NCBI GenBank assembly: GCA_030452265.1 | Contig: JAKDMQ010000001.1 | Coordinates: 1 to 52,629 of the forward strand | Reading direction: 5' to 3' | DNA length: 52,629 nucleotides | Source: Nitrococcus sp. | GTDB taxonomy: Bacteria > Pseudomonadota > Gammaproteobacteria > Nitrococcales > Nitrococcaceae | Shown here: one piece after another, positions 37,611 through 48,455 of the stretch | Position numbering within the stretch: position 1 is the first letter of the stretch | Layout of the letters: each line of letters starts with the position of its first letter | Position numbers and translations under genes: made by a program | Notes under the pieces: model-generated | The model's input: the letters and a program-made list of their open reading frames with translations, nothing else | Database searches by the model: none | Told to the model about the DNA's origin: nothing

Positions 37611-38448
37611 CGTGGCCGGTGCTGGGCCCGCGGGTCGGCAAGTCTGGAGCCGTTACCGAGTTGGAGCCCTGCAGGTAGAACGCCGTGATGGCGGCGGGCG
37701 AGCGGTTTTGTTCGTGCACGGGGCGGCAGGTGGGCCGTGGTGTTGGCGGGGCTTCATGGAGCGGTTCGCGGCCGCGGGCTACGATTGCCACGCCATGGCG
37801 CTGCGGGGACACCCCCCAAGTGACCCGGTGCCGGCCTTGGGACGGGTTCGGCTGGTCGATTATGTCAGCGATGTCCGCCGGGTGCTCGAGCGCCTGGATG
37901 AGGCCGTGTTGATCGGTCACTCCATGGGGGGCGCCCTAGTGCAAGCCGTGGCGGTCACATGCGATGTGGCCGCACTGATCCTGGCGGCGCCGGCCCCGGT
38001 TGCCGGCGTGCGGTTTCAGCGGCCACCCTGGCATCCCTGGCTTCCAGTGCAAGCCGTCCGCGCCTTGCCGGCGTTCTTGGGTCGCGCGGTGGTGCGCCCA
38101 CACCTGCCGTCCTTGCGTTGGATGGTTTTCAACCGCATACCCCGTGAGCAGCAGCAAGAGATATTCGCCCGTTGCAACGCGGAGTCCAGCACGGCCTACT
38201 TGGGCCTGCTGCAGGGCCACCTGAACCGTGAGGGCGAAAGCCTGCGGGGACGGCCGTTCAAACGCTTGGTGGTAGCGGCCACGGCGGATCGGATTTGCAT
38301 TTTCCCGATGCAGCGCGAGATCGCTCGTCAACAGGGGGCGGAGCTGCTCATGCTGATCGATCATGCCCACATGTTCATGCTCGAGCCAGGCTGGGAGCGC
38401 TGTGCCGATCGACTGCTGGACTGGCTGCGGCAGGCGCTCATGACTTAA
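37611..38448 (+). CDS. Alpha/beta hydrolase
   Basis: LFVHGA, LRGH, GHSMGG nucleophile and HAHMFML. Start uncertain. Confidence 0.82.
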
Positions 38449-38487
38449 GCGCAAGTGCGCGTCTGTATCGGTGCCCAGAGCTCCTGC

Positions 38488-39612
38488 TCAATCCATGCTC
38501 TGCAGGGCCGATAACGGCTCGATGAACGGATAGCCGTGTTCTTCGGCAATGGCGCGGTGAGTCACCTGCCCACGATGGATATTGAGTCCCTGGCGCAGAT
38601 ACGGATCATCGAGCATGGCCTGCCGATAGCCCTTGCCGGCGATGGCGAGCGCGTAGGGCAAAATGGCGTTGTTGAGCGCAAACGTCGAAGTCCTTGGGAC
38701 GGCACCGGGCATGTTGGTCACACAGTAGTGCACCACTCCGTCAATGATGTAAGTGGGATCGGAGTGAGTCGTCGGCCGTGAAGTCTCGAAACAGCCGCCC
38801 TGATCGATCGCTACGTCCACCAGCACGGTGCCTGGCTTGAGCCGGCGTACCGTCTCGGCGGTGACAAGCTTCGGCGTTTCGGCCCCCGCGATCAGGACCG
38901 CGCCGATGATCAGGTCGGCTTGCAGGACATACTGCTCTAAGGCCGTTCGGGTGGCGAAGACCGTGGTCAAGGCCGGGCCGAAATGATAGGCAAGGTGCCG
39001 CAGGACATCGAGATCGCGATCGAGCACGACGACTTCGGCGCCCATGCCAAGTGCCATGGCGATCGCATTCTGACCAACTACACCACCCCCGATCACCACG
39101 GCCCGGGCCGGTGGCACGCCAGGGACCCCACCCAAGAGCATACCGCTGCCACCATGGACTCGCTCCAGACAGTAGGCGCCCGCTTGGATGGACATCCGGC
39201 CGGCCACCTGGGACATGGGAATGAGCAGTGGTAGCTGATTGTTTGGGCCGGATACCGTCTCATAGGCGATGCACACCGCTTCGCTGCCAACTAGCTCGTG
39301 CGTCTGCGCGGCATCGGGGGCGAGGTGCAGATAGGCCAACAGAATCTGCCCTTGCCGCAGCCGGCGACGCTCCTCGAGCTGCGGCTCCTTGACCTTGATG
39401 ATCAGCTCGGCGGCACGAAATAGCTCCTCGGAGCTTGCGATGATCCGGGCCCCGCAGGCTTGGTAGTCCTCGTCTGAGCAGCCGATGCCCTCGCCGGCGC
39501 TCGTTTCCACGATGACTTCGTGCCCGCGGGCGATGAGCTCACGCACACTGTCCGGCGTTAGGCCGACCCGGTACTCATGGTCCTTGACCTCCTTTGGGAC
39601 CGCTAGCAACAT
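38488..39612 (-). CDS. ald: Alanine dehydrogenase
   Basis: VPKEVK.HEYRVGLTP, KVKEP, GGGVVG, DVAIDQGG and NMPGAV motifs. Confidence 0.96.
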   Translation of the reverse strand: MLLAVPKEVKDHEYRVGLTPDSVRELIARGHEVIVETSAGEGIGCSDEDYQACGARIIASSEELFRAAELIIKVKEPQLEERRRLRQGQILLAYLHLAPDAAQTHELVGSEAVCIAYETVSGPNNQLPLLIPMSQVAGRMSIQAGAYCLERVHGGSGMLLGGVPGVPPARAVVIGGGVVGQNAIAMALGMGAEVVVLDRDLDVLRHLAYHFGPALTTVFATRTALEQYVLQADLIIGAVLIAGAETPKLVTAETVRRLKPGTVLVDVAIDQGGCFETSRPTTHSDPTYIIDGVVHYCVTNMPGAVPRTSTFALNNAILPYALAIAGKGYRQAMLDDPYLRQGLNIHRGQVTHRAIAEEHGYPFIEPLSALQSMD

Positions 39613-39762
39613 CGTGTTTGAGCCTCCTCGGCAGCGCCTGTTGTGCCCGCGATTGCGCTGGCTTGGGATACGCCGCTGATAGGCAGATTGTACCGGGTAC
39701 CGGGTGCGAGTGGTCCTGTTTGCCAAAACGCCCGCGCGGGTAGGGCCGTGCCGCGCGCGCTC

Positions 39763-40974
39763 TTAATGAGGATTATCGGTGTCTTTCATGCCCATCAGAT
39801 AGAGGATACCGTCGAGGCCAATGGTGGAAATGGCTTGGCGGGCACTCTTTTGAACCACGGGCTTGGCATGGAATGCGATTCCGAGCCCCGCGAGCTTCAG
39901 CATGGGCAGGTCGTTGGCGCCGTCACCCACCGCGATTACCTGTTCGAGCTCGATGCTTTCCCGCTCGGCAATCGTGCACATGAGCTGCGCCTTTCTCTCG
40001 CCGTCGATGATCTCGCCGATGAGCCGGCCGGTCAGACGGCCATCGCGCATCTCCGGCTCATTGGCATAGACATAGTCAAGTGGCAGAAAGCGTTGCAGGT
40101 AGTGGCCGAAATAGGTAAAGCCACCGGAGATGACCGCCGTCTTGTAGCCGAGCGTGCGCAGCGTGCGCAGTAGCCGCGCCGCCCCCTCGGTGAGGGTGAG
40201 TCGCTCGGCGACCCGCTCCAACACGGCCTCGGGCAACCCCTCCAGCAGCGCCATGCGCTGGCGCAGGCCCTCCTTAAAATCCTGCTCGCCGCGCATGCCG
40301 GCCTCGGTGATGCGGCTTACTTCCGCGCCAACCCCGGCCTCGAGCGCGAGCTCGTCGATGACCTCTTGCTGGATCAGAGTCGAATCCATATCGAAGACCA
40401 CCAGACGGCGGTTGCGGCGATAAAAGGTATCCACCTGGAAGCTGATGTCGACGCCCAGATCTTGGGAAATGGCGACGAAAGCGGTTTTCATTGCATCCGG
40501 ATCCAGCGGTTGACCGCGCAATGCAAGCTCGATGCAGGCACGGCCCGTCTCCTCCTGCTTGATATGCAGTGAGCCACGACCCGAGAGCCGAACAATATCC
40601 TCCACCTGCAGCGCATTCTCGTTGATCACTCGGGTAATGCGGGCAACGTGCTGCGCGGTTACACTGCGGCCAAGCAGGGTGACGATGTGGCGCGGGTGCG
40701 CTTCGCCACCGAGCCAACGCCCATAACGCCCTTGGCTGAAGGGAGTAAAATGCACGTGCAGGCCCCGATGGTGTGCCTCGAAGAGCAGATCCTTTAGCAC
40801 CGCGCTGGTTTGGCCGGATAATTGTATCAATAGGGTCAGGACTATTGTGTCGTGAATCATAGCCTGGCCGATATCGAGCATCGGCACGCCGTGCACGGCG
40901 AGGATATTCAGCAACGACGAGGTAATCCCGTCCTTGTTCTGGCCGGAAACATTGATTAGAACGATGTCGCTCAT
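39763..40974 (-). CDS. serB: Phosphoserine phosphatase with ACT domains
   Basis: FDMDSTL, SGGF and GDGAND HAD motifs, with N-terminal ACT domains. Confidence 0.95.
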   Translation of the reverse strand: MSDIVLINVSGQNKDGITSSLLNILAVHGVPMLDIGQAMIHDTIVLTLLIQLSGQTSAVLKDLLFEAHHRGLHVHFTPFSQGRYGRWLGGEAHPRHIVTLLGRSVTAQHVARITRVINENALQVEDIVRLSGRGSLHIKQEETGRACIELALRGQPLDPDAMKTAFVAISQDLGVDISFQVDTFYRRNRRLVVFDMDSTLIQQEVIDELALEAGVGAEVSRITEAGMRGEQDFKEGLRQRMALLEGLPEAVLERVAERLTLTEGAARLLRTLRTLGYKTAVISGGFTYFGHYLQRFLPLDYVYANEPEMRDGRLTGRLIGEIIDGERKAQLMCTIAERESIELEQVIAVGDGANDLPMLKLAGLGIAFHAKPVVQKSARQAISTIGLDGILYLMGMKDTDNPH

Positions 40975-41199
40975 GCATCGATTCTCGCATGGGTGTGCCG
41001 TGATCGGGGCCAACTGCGGGCCTATTGTATGTCATCATGAACCCAGCCGCGCCAGCGGGCCGTAAGCGCTAGAGTGGGTATTGGGCAGAACGGCCCGCGC
41101 CCGGCGGCGGCTGATTACCGCTGGCAAATAGGGTGGAGGGGGGATGGCGCTATCGGCCACAACGCAAAGCGAGATCGACATTAACGAGGGGATCGAGCC

Positions 41200-41592
41200 A
41201 TGGATCCGAGCCAAATGACCGATGAGCAATGGCGCCGAGAGCTGACACCAGAGCAGTACCGGGTCACCCGCCAGCGAGGGACGGAGCCGCCGTTCAGCGG
41301 CGAGTACTACCATTGGGACAAAGACGGCGTCTTTCACTGCATTTGCTGCGCCGAGCTGCTGTTCGACTCCCGGCAGAAATATGAATCGGGAAGTGGTTGG
41401 CCGAGCTTTTGGGCGCCTGGTGACGAGCAGGCGGTGGCAACCGAGCGCGATCACAGCCACAGCATGGTGCGCACGGAAGTGCACTGTCGGCGCTGTTGCG
41501 CTCATTTGGGTCATGTCTTCGAGGATGGGCCCGAGCCAACGCGGCTGCGCTACTGCATAAACTCGGCGGCAATAAAGTTCGGGGCCCGTTGA
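41200..41592 (+). CDS. msrB: Peptide methionine-R-sulfoxide reductase
   Basis: GTE.PF, SGSGWPSF, HLGHVF.DGP and RYCINS motifs. Confidence 0.96.
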   Translation: MDPSQMTDEQWRRELTPEQYRVTRQRGTEPPFSGEYYHWDKDGVFHCICCAELLFDSRQKYESGSGWPSFWAPGDEQAVATERDHSHSMVRTEVHCRRCCAHLGHVFEDGPEPTRLRYCINSAAIKFGAR

Positions 41593-41668
41593 AGTGTGAC
41601 CTTCATCAAGCGGTGATGATACCTTATCATTCTTCCTTTGTTGCGGTGCAACCTGAGCCAGGTGGGCC

Positions 41669-43534
41669 ATGACGGCAGATGCGACCATGATCCGACACAA
41701 AGAGGCCAAACACGCGCGTGCGGGCCAGCGCATGAGCGGCGCGGAGACAGTGATACAGGTTCTTGCGGACGAGGGTGTCGATACGGTATTCGGCTACAGT
41801 GGCGGTGCCATCTTGCCGACCTATGACGCCATCTTTCGCTACAACGAACAGCACCGCGGCGCCGATGGCCGCGAGCCGATCCGCCTGGTGGTCCCCGCCA
41901 ATGAGCAAGGGGCCGGTTTCATGGCGGCGGGCTATGCCCGCGGCTCCGGTAAGGTGGGCGTCTTTATGGTGACCTCCGGACCCGGGGCGACCAACACCGT
42001 CACGCCCATCCGCGACTGCATGGCCGACTCCATCCCGGTGGTTCTGATCACGGGGCAGGTGGCGCGCGCGGCGATGGGAACCGACGCCTTCCAGGAAGCG
42101 CCGATCGTCAATATCATGGGCGCCTGCGCCAAACACGTGTTCCTGGTTACCCAACCGGAGCGGCTGGAGGAGACTCTGCGCACGGCCTTCGAGGTGGCCC
42201 GCTCCGGGCGACCGGGCCCGGTCGTCGTGGACCTGCCCAAGGACATGCAGAATTGGGTGGGGGAGTTCAAGGGCGGCGGAGTGCTCGACATCCGCGGTTA
42301 TCGCCAGCGCATGGAGTCATTGGCCGCGGCCAAGCTCTCCGAGCGCAAGTGTCGCCAATTCTTCGAAATGCTCAAGCATTCCAGCCGGCCGCTGTTGTAT
42401 GTGGGCGGTGGCGTGACCGCCGGCAATGCCTCGGCGGAGCTGACCGAGCTCGCGCACACGTTCGCTATTCCCGTGGTCACCACGGTGATGGGGCTCGGCG
42501 CAATCGACACCCGGGACGATCTGTGTCTGCACATGCTCGGTATGCACGGCACGGCCTACGCCAACTATGCGGTAGAGGACTGCGATTTCGTTATCGCCGT
42601 GGGGGCGCGCTTCGATGATCGCGTGGCGGCGAAGGCGGATCTGTTCGCGCCGCTCGCTGAGCATGTCGCGCACATCGACATCGATGCCGCGGAGATCGGC
42701 AAGGTCAAAAGGGTCGACTGGGCGCACGTAGGCGAGGCCGGACGCTCGCTGCGCCAGCTCATCGACTACGGCCGCGCGATGAATTTTCAAAAGGACTTCG
42801 CGCCCTGGATCAAGCACGTGCGAACCCTGCGTGAGAAACACGCCATGGGCTATGATCGGGATAATCCAAAAATCCAGCCGCAGTCCGTGATGGAGCACTT
42901 AAACCGGCTCACCGCCGGCAAGGCGATTATCAGCACCGGTGTGGGCCAACACCAGATGTGGGCCGCGCAATATCTCGATTTCCGGCGGCCGCGCTCATGG
43001 CTGACTTCCGGCAGCATGGGAACCATGGGCTTCGGGCTGCCGGCGGCCATTGGGGCGCAGTGCGCCAATCCAGATCGATTGGTCATCGATGTGGACGGCG
43101 ACGGCAGCATTCGGATGAATCTCGGCGAAATGGAGACCGTAACCACCTACGGACTTCCAGTGAAGGTTTTGCTGCTCAACAACCGCGGCGATGGCATGGT
43201 GCGCCAGTGGCAGCGCCTCTATTTCGAGGACCGCTTTTCGGCGAGCGACAAGTCGCTGCATCGCAAGGATTTCATAAAGGCGGCGGAATCCGACGGGTTC
43301 GCCTTCGCACGCCGGGTGCGCAAGCGCGAGGAGCTCGAGGCGGCGCTTGCGGCCTTTGTCGAGTTCCCCGAGGCGGCTTTCCTCGAGGTGATGATCGACC
43401 CCGATGCGGGTGTCTACCCTATGGTGGGTCCGGGCATGGGTTATAAGCAGATGGTCACCGGAGCCCATATCCCGGCGCGAGAGGTGGCGGGCCGGGGGGG
43501 CGCGGTGAAAATCGATCCTACCGAGCTGTTTTAA
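41669..43534 (+). CDS. ilvB: Acetolactate synthase large subunit (ThDP enzyme)
   Basis: FGYSGGAILP, NEQGAG, TSGPGATN, VGQHQMW and GDGS...NN motifs. Confidence 0.9.
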   Translation: MTADATMIRHKEAKHARAGQRMSGAETVIQVLADEGVDTVFGYSGGAILPTYDAIFRYNEQHRGADGREPIRLVVPANEQGAGFMAAGYARGSGKVGVFMVTSGPGATNTVTPIRDCMADSIPVVLITGQVARAAMGTDAFQEAPIVNIMGACAKHVFLVTQPERLEETLRTAFEVARSGRPGPVVVDLPKDMQNWVGEFKGGGVLDIRGYRQRMESLAAAKLSERKCRQFFEMLKHSSRPLLYVGGGVTAGNASAELTELAHTFAIPVVTTVMGLGAIDTRDDLCLHMLGMHGTAYANYAVEDCDFVIAVGARFDDRVAAKADLFAPLAEHVAHIDIDAAEIGKVKRVDWAHVGEAGRSLRQLIDYGRAMNFQKDFAPWIKHVRTLREKHAMGYDRDNPKIQPQSVMEHLNRLTAGKAIISTGVGQHQMWAAQYLDFRRPRSWLTSGSMGTMGFGLPAAIGAQCANPDRLVIDVDGDGSIRMNLGEMETVTTYGLPVKVLLLNNRGDGMVRQWQRLYFEDRFSASDKSLHRKDFIKAAESDGFAFARRVRKREELEAALAAFVEFPEAAFLEVMIDPDAGVYPMVGPGMGYKQMVTGAHIPAREVAGRGGAVKIDPTELF

Positions 43535-43704
43535 CCCCAATGTGGCCCGAGCACTTGCCCGTGGGCGCATTGTCTCACCACCGCTTAAGCCACCTGGCAA
43601 GCAAGATGCCGACCCGAGAGCGGATCGTGCCGGGCCCCGCTCGAGCGCGGATACCGGTACGCTGGGCATTCCCATCTTAGCCTTTGCAGGGGCGAGTCGA
43701 GGCA

Positions 43705-45078
43705 ATGACAAGACGACTGGAGTGCTTCAAAGCCTATGACATCCGTGGGCGAATCCCCGATCAGCTGAACGCGGACATCGCCTACGGCATTGGACGCGCC
43801 TACGCGGACTGGCTGCGGCCGCGGGACGTCGTTGTGGGGCATGACGTGCGCTTGACGAGCCCAGAAATAAGTCACGCGCTTGCGGCGGGGCTCATGGAGG
43901 GCGGGGCGAATGTCCATGACATTGGCCTGTGCGGGACCGAGGAGGTGTATTTCGCCTGCGCGCACTTCGGCATGGACGGCGGCATTATGGTCACCGCGAG
44001 CCATAACCCAATTGATTTCAATGGTATGAAGCTTGTGCGCGAGCAAGCGAGACCCATCAGTGGCGACACTGGGTTGCTCGAGATCCATGATCGGGCGGTA
44101 GCCGAGGACTGGCGCGTGCCGGGCCGGCGGGGTACGACGCAGCCGTTGTTGCACCGACCCGCCTATCTCGATCACCTGCTCGGCTTTGTGGATAGCACGG
44201 CGTTCAAGCCCTTGCGCATCGTCGTCAATGCCGGCAATGGCGGCGCCGGGGTGGTGCTGGATGGTCTCGCCGAGCGATTGCCGTTTGAGCTCGTGCGCCT
44301 GTGCCACGAACCGGATGGCCGGTTCCCGAACGGGGTGCCGAATCCGCTGCTGGTGGAGAATCGCCACCAAACCGAGCAAGCCGTGCTCGACGCCGGGGCC
44401 GATCTTGGGGTGGCGTGGGATGGAGATTTCGACCGTTGTTTCTTGTTCGATGAGCGCGGGCGTTTTGTCGAGGGTTATTACATCGTGGGATTGTTGGCGG
44501 AGGCCTTTCTGCGCCGACATCCGGGGGAGAAGATCATTCACGATCCGCGGCTGATCTGGAACACCATCGACATCGCGAGCGAGCTCGGCGGCATTGCGGT
44601 GCAGAGCAAGACGGGACACGCTTTCATCAAGGAGCGCATGCGCGCCGAAAATGCCATCTACGGCGGTGAGATGAGCGCCCATCACTACTTTCGTGATTTT
44701 GCCTACTGCGACAGTGGCATGCTCCCGTGGCTGCTCATTGCCGAGCGCATCTCAGTGAGCGCCAAGCCGCTCTCCGAGCTCATCGGCGAGCGCCTCGAGC
44801 GCTTCCCGGTGAGCGGCGAGATCAATCGGCGCCTTAAGGACCCCGATGGCACGCTGGCGGCATTAGAGGCGCATTATCTGGACTCCGCCGAGAGTGTCGA
44901 TCATACGGATGGACTGAGCATGGCGTTCGGCCACTGGCGGTTTAATTTGCGCTCTTCGAACACCGAGCCGGTGGTTCGCCTCAATGTAGAGACGCGGGGC
45001 GACCGGCCGCTTATGGAGCGCAAGACGGCCGAGATTCTGCGTTGGTTGGAATCCGAGGCGAGCCTCGACGCGAGCTAG
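43705..45078 (+). CDS. manB: Phosphomannomutase (CpsG/ManB)
   Basis: [20 protein letters not shown] and GEMSAH motifs. Confidence 0.93.
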   Translation: MTRRLECFKAYDIRGRIPDQLNADIAYGIGRAYADWLRPRDVVVGHDVRLTSPEISHALAAGLMEGGANVHDIGLCGTEEVYFACAHFGMDGGIMVTASHNPIDFNGMKLVREQARPISGDTGLLEIHDRAVAEDWRVPGRRGTTQPLLHRPAYLDHLLGFVDSTAFKPLRIVVNAGNGGAGVVLDGLAERLPFELVRLCHEPDGRFPNGVPNPLLVENRHQTEQAVLDAGADLGVAWDGDFDRCFLFDERGRFVEGYYIVGLLAEAFLRRHPGEKIIHDPRLIWNTIDIASELGGIAVQSKTGHAFIKERMRAENAIYGGEMSAHHYFRDFAYCDSGMLPWLLIAERISVSAKPLSELIGERLERFPVSGEINRRLKDPDGTLAALEAHYLDSAESVDHTDGLSMAFGHWRFNLRSSNTEPVVRLNVETRGDRPLMERKTAEILRWLESEASLDAS

Positions 45079-45184
45079 CACTTGTTACCAAGCGTTCCTA
45101 TGAGACAAACGGTAACTTGCTGTTCTTACATGGGTCATTGGTTCCTGTGCGACAACGTCCTGCGGCCGGCGGTACATAGAGCCT

Positions 45185-45259
45185 GTGGGAGCGGCGCCCT
45201 CGCCGCGAAGCTTTCAGAGCAATCACACAAGGGATTAGCGGGGAGGGCGTCGCTCCCAA
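45185..45259. repeat. GTGG/GTAG-type REP doublet
   Basis: GTGGGAGCGGCGCCCTCGCCGCGAA ... TTAGCGGGGAGGGCGTCGCTCCCAA inverted pair. Confidence 0.8.
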
Positions 45260-45456
45260 GATATTTCCATCTAAAAATTCAATCCAGCGGACGCTCCAGG
45301 CGGGCTGCCGCTGAATTCAGGCGATATGCCGAAAGCCAAGCGGGGGCAAGCTGCGCCGCTCATAGCGAGTCGTTATGGAATCAACGGCTGCGATGCCGCA
45401 ACCGCCTAGCTCCCCTTCGGGCGCTTCGGATCGGCGGCAAAGAATAAGGAGCCTTC

Positions 45457-46800
45457 ATGCGCATTACCATCTTCGGAACAGGCTACGTCGGCCTCGTCAC
45501 CGGCACCTGCTTGGCGGAAGTCGGCAATCACGTGGTCTGCGTGGATGTGGACGCGGACAAGGTAGCTTGCCTGCAAGAGGGCAAGGTACCGTTCTTCGAG
45601 CCGGGCCTCGAAGCATTGATCCTGCGTAACGTTGCCGAGGGCCGTTTGCGTTTCACCACGAGCGCGGCCGAAGGCGTGGAGCATGGGCATTTTCAGTTCA
45701 TCGCCGTAGGCACGCCATCGGCGGCGGATGGCGCGGCGGATCTCAGGCATGTATTGGCGGTGGCGGAGAGCATTGCCGAGCACATGGAGCAGGCGAAGGT
45801 CGTCGTGAACAAGTCAACGGTGCCCGTCGGGACGGCGGATCGCGTGCGCGAGCGCATCAGTGACGTGCTCGAGCGGCGCGGCGCCGACGTCGAATTCGAT
45901 GTGGTCTCCAACCCGGAGTTCCTCAAGGAAGGGGGCGCGGTCGATGATTTCATGAAGCCCGACCGGGTGATCGTCGGCACCGGCTGCCGGGAGAGCGCTG
46001 AGAAGCTGCGCCAGCTCTACGCTCCGTTTAACCGTAATCACGATCGCCTGATCGTGATGGATGTGCGCTCGGCCGAGCTCACGAAATATGCCGCCAACGC
46101 CATGCTGGCGACCAAGATCAGCTTCATGAACGAGCTTGCCAATATCGCCGACCGGGTCGATGCGGATATCGAGCGCGTGCGCATCGGCATCGGTGCCGAT
46201 CCCCGCATCGGCTATGATTTCATCTATCCCGGCGCCGGCTACGGCGGTTCCTGCTTTCCCAAGGACGTAAAGGCGCTGGTACGAACAGCCCAGGACGTGG
46301 ACTACATGGCGCAGCTTCTACAGGCCGTGGAAGACGTAAACGAGCGCCAGCAGCGCTATCTTTATAGCTGCATCCAAGCGCATTTTGGCGCTGGATTAGC
46401 TGGGCTTACGTTTGCCCTTTGGGGGCTCGCTTTCAAACCCAACACCGAGGACATGCGCGAGGCACCGAGCCGCCGGCTGATAGAATCCCTCTGGGTCGCG
46501 GGCGCGAGCGTGCGGGCCTTCGATCCAAAGGCCGCGGGTGAGGCTCGGCGGATCTATGGGGAGCGCTCGGACCTGGTAGTCTGCGCCAAACCGGAGCTAG
46601 CCCTGCGGGGCGCGGATGCTTTGATCATCATCACGGAATGGAATGTCTTTCGCAGCCCCGATTTCCAGAGCATGCGTACACTGTTGAAGCAGCCGGTAAT
46701 TTTCGACGGCCGCAATCTCTACGAGCCGCGGGCGGTGGCCGCGCTGGGGTTTACCTACTATTCGGTGGGCCGCCCGCGGCGCGCTCGCGCGGAATCTTAG
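45457..46800 (+). CDS. ugd: UDP-glucose 6-dehydrogenase
   Basis: [22 protein letters not shown] and GGSCFPKD motifs. Confidence 0.93.
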   Translation: MRITIFGTGYVGLVTGTCLAEVGNHVVCVDVDADKVACLQEGKVPFFEPGLEALILRNVAEGRLRFTTSAAEGVEHGHFQFIAVGTPSAADGAADLRHVLAVAESIAEHMEQAKVVVNKSTVPVGTADRVRERISDVLERRGADVEFDVVSNPEFLKEGGAVDDFMKPDRVIVGTGCRESAEKLRQLYAPFNRNHDRLIVMDVRSAELTKYAANAMLATKISFMNELANIADRVDADIERVRIGIGADPRIGYDFIYPGAGYGGSCFPKDVKALVRTAQDVDYMAQLLQAVEDVNERQQRYLYSCIQAHFGAGLAGLTFALWGLAFKPNTEDMREAPSRRLIESLWVAGASVRAFDPKAAGEARRIYGERSDLVVCAKPELALRGADALIIITEWNVFRSPDFQSMRTLLKQPVIFDGRNLYEPRAVAALGFTYYSVGRPRRARAES

Positions 46801-46814
46801 GCGGGGTTCCGAGC

Positions 46815-48302
46815 ATGGATGAGCAGGTAGTATGGCCCACGGCGGCGGGTGTGGCACTGGAATCGGCAACCGACTTGCCGGGGACGAGCGTTATCCCGGT
46901 GATTCTCTCTGGCGGCATCGGCTCGCGGCTGTGGCCGCTCTCGCGCGAGCTCTATCCCAAGCAGTTCCTCGATCTCACGGCTTGCGGGCGCACGTTGCTG
47001 CAGACGACCGTGGAGCGTCTCGCCGGCGGAGGATTGGCGGCGCCAATCATCGTCTGCAACCAAGAGCACCGCTTTCTGGTTGCCGAGCAGTTGCGCGCCC
47101 GCACGCTGGGTGCCCCGGATATTCTGCTTGAGCCGGTGGGCCGCAATACGGCACCGGCCGTTGCGGTGGCGGCGCTGCGCGCCATTCGGCGCGACCCACA
47201 GGCGGTGCTGGTAGTGTTGCCCGCGGATCATATCATCCGCGATGCGCAGGCCTTGCATGCAGCCATCGCGGAGGGGGTGAGCAAGGCCGCGGAGAATTTC
47301 CTCGTCACCTTCGGCATCGTGCCGAGCGCCGCCGAGACGGGTTTTGGCTATATCCAGGCCGGTGAGGCGTTAGCGGATACCGCTGGCGCTTGGCGCGTGC
47401 GCCGCTTTGTCGAGAAGCCCGATCAAGACACGGCACAGAGCTATATTGCGGCGGGAGATTACTACTGGAACAGCGGTATGTTCGTTTTCCGCGCCGCCCG
47501 CTATCTGGAGGAGCTAAAACAGTTTGCTCCCGATATCCTTGAAGTCTGTGAAGCCGCGATGGGCGGCGCTCAGGAGGATTTGGACTTCCTGCGCCTGGGT
47601 GCCGAGGCATTCGAGGGCTGCCGAGCCGATTCCGTCGATTACGCCGTGATGGAGCACACCGCGGATGCGGTCGTCATCCCGTTCGCCGGGGGCTGGAACG
47701 ATCTCGGTTCCTGGAGCGCCTTGTTGAGCGAAACCGGATGTGATCAGGTGGGTAATGCCTCGATTGGCGACGTGATGCTCTATGAGAGCGAAAACTGCTA
47801 TGTCCGCTCCGAGGGTCGTCTGGTGGCATTGGTAGGCGTGCGCGATCACATCGTAGTGGAGACCTCGGATGCGGTGCTCATCGCTTCGCGCGAGGCCGTG
47901 CAGTCGGTGAAAGAACTGGTGGAGATTCTACGGCGCCAGAACCGCCCCGAGTTGGGTAGCCATCGGCGTGTGCATCGCCCCTGGGGCTCTTACGAAGAAA
48001 TTGCGGTGGCGGAGCGGTTCCAGGTCAAGCGCATCATCGTCAACCCCGGAAAGTGCCTCTCCCTGCAAATGCACCACCATCGCGCCGAACACTGGGTTGT
48101 CGTTCAGGGCACTGGGCGCGTTACCCGCGGCGAGGATAGCTATCTGATCAGCGAGGATAAGTCGACCTATATCCCGCTTGGCACGGTGCATCGGCTGGAG
48201 AACTGCGGGGTGATCCCGTTGGAGCTGGTCGAGGTCCAGACCGGCAGTTATCTTGGCGAAGACGACATCGTGCGCTACCAGGACAACTATGGCCGTTGCT
48301 GA
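46815..48302 (+). CDS. manC: Mannose-1-phosphate guanylyltransferase / mannose-6-phosphate isomerase
   Basis: GG.GSRLWPLSR..PKQF, EPVGRNTAPA, FVEKP and cupin HHHRAEHW motifs. Confidence 0.94.
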   Translation: MDEQVVWPTAAGVALESATDLPGTSVIPVILSGGIGSRLWPLSRELYPKQFLDLTACGRTLLQTTVERLAGGGLAAPIIVCNQEHRFLVAEQLRARTLGAPDILLEPVGRNTAPAVAVAALRAIRRDPQAVLVVLPADHIIRDAQALHAAIAEGVSKAAENFLVTFGIVPSAAETGFGYIQAGEALADTAGAWRVRRFVEKPDQDTAQSYIAAGDYYWNSGMFVFRAARYLEELKQFAPDILEVCEAAMGGAQEDLDFLRLGAEAFEGCRADSVDYAVMEHTADAVVIPFAGGWNDLGSWSALLSETGCDQVGNASIGDVMLYESENCYVRSEGRLVALVGVRDHIVVETSDAVLIASREAVQSVKELVEILRRQNRPELGSHRRVHRPWGSYEEIAVAERFQVKRIIVNPGKCLSLQMHHHRAEHWVVVQGTGRVTRGEDSYLISEDKSTYIPLGTVHRLENCGVIPLELVEVQTGSYLGEDDIVRYQDNYGRC

Positions 48303-48455
48303 GCTCAGGAAGTCTCCCGCGGTGCGCAGGGCTTGTTGCGCTGGTCTATTGCAAGGCGGCTTGAGCCAGGGAGCAATAATCGGGATTGCGGCAGCCCGAG
48401 TCGCGGCGTTATCCTTCTTTGTGAGCGCATAACCATGAGGTACTGACTCGAGCAA

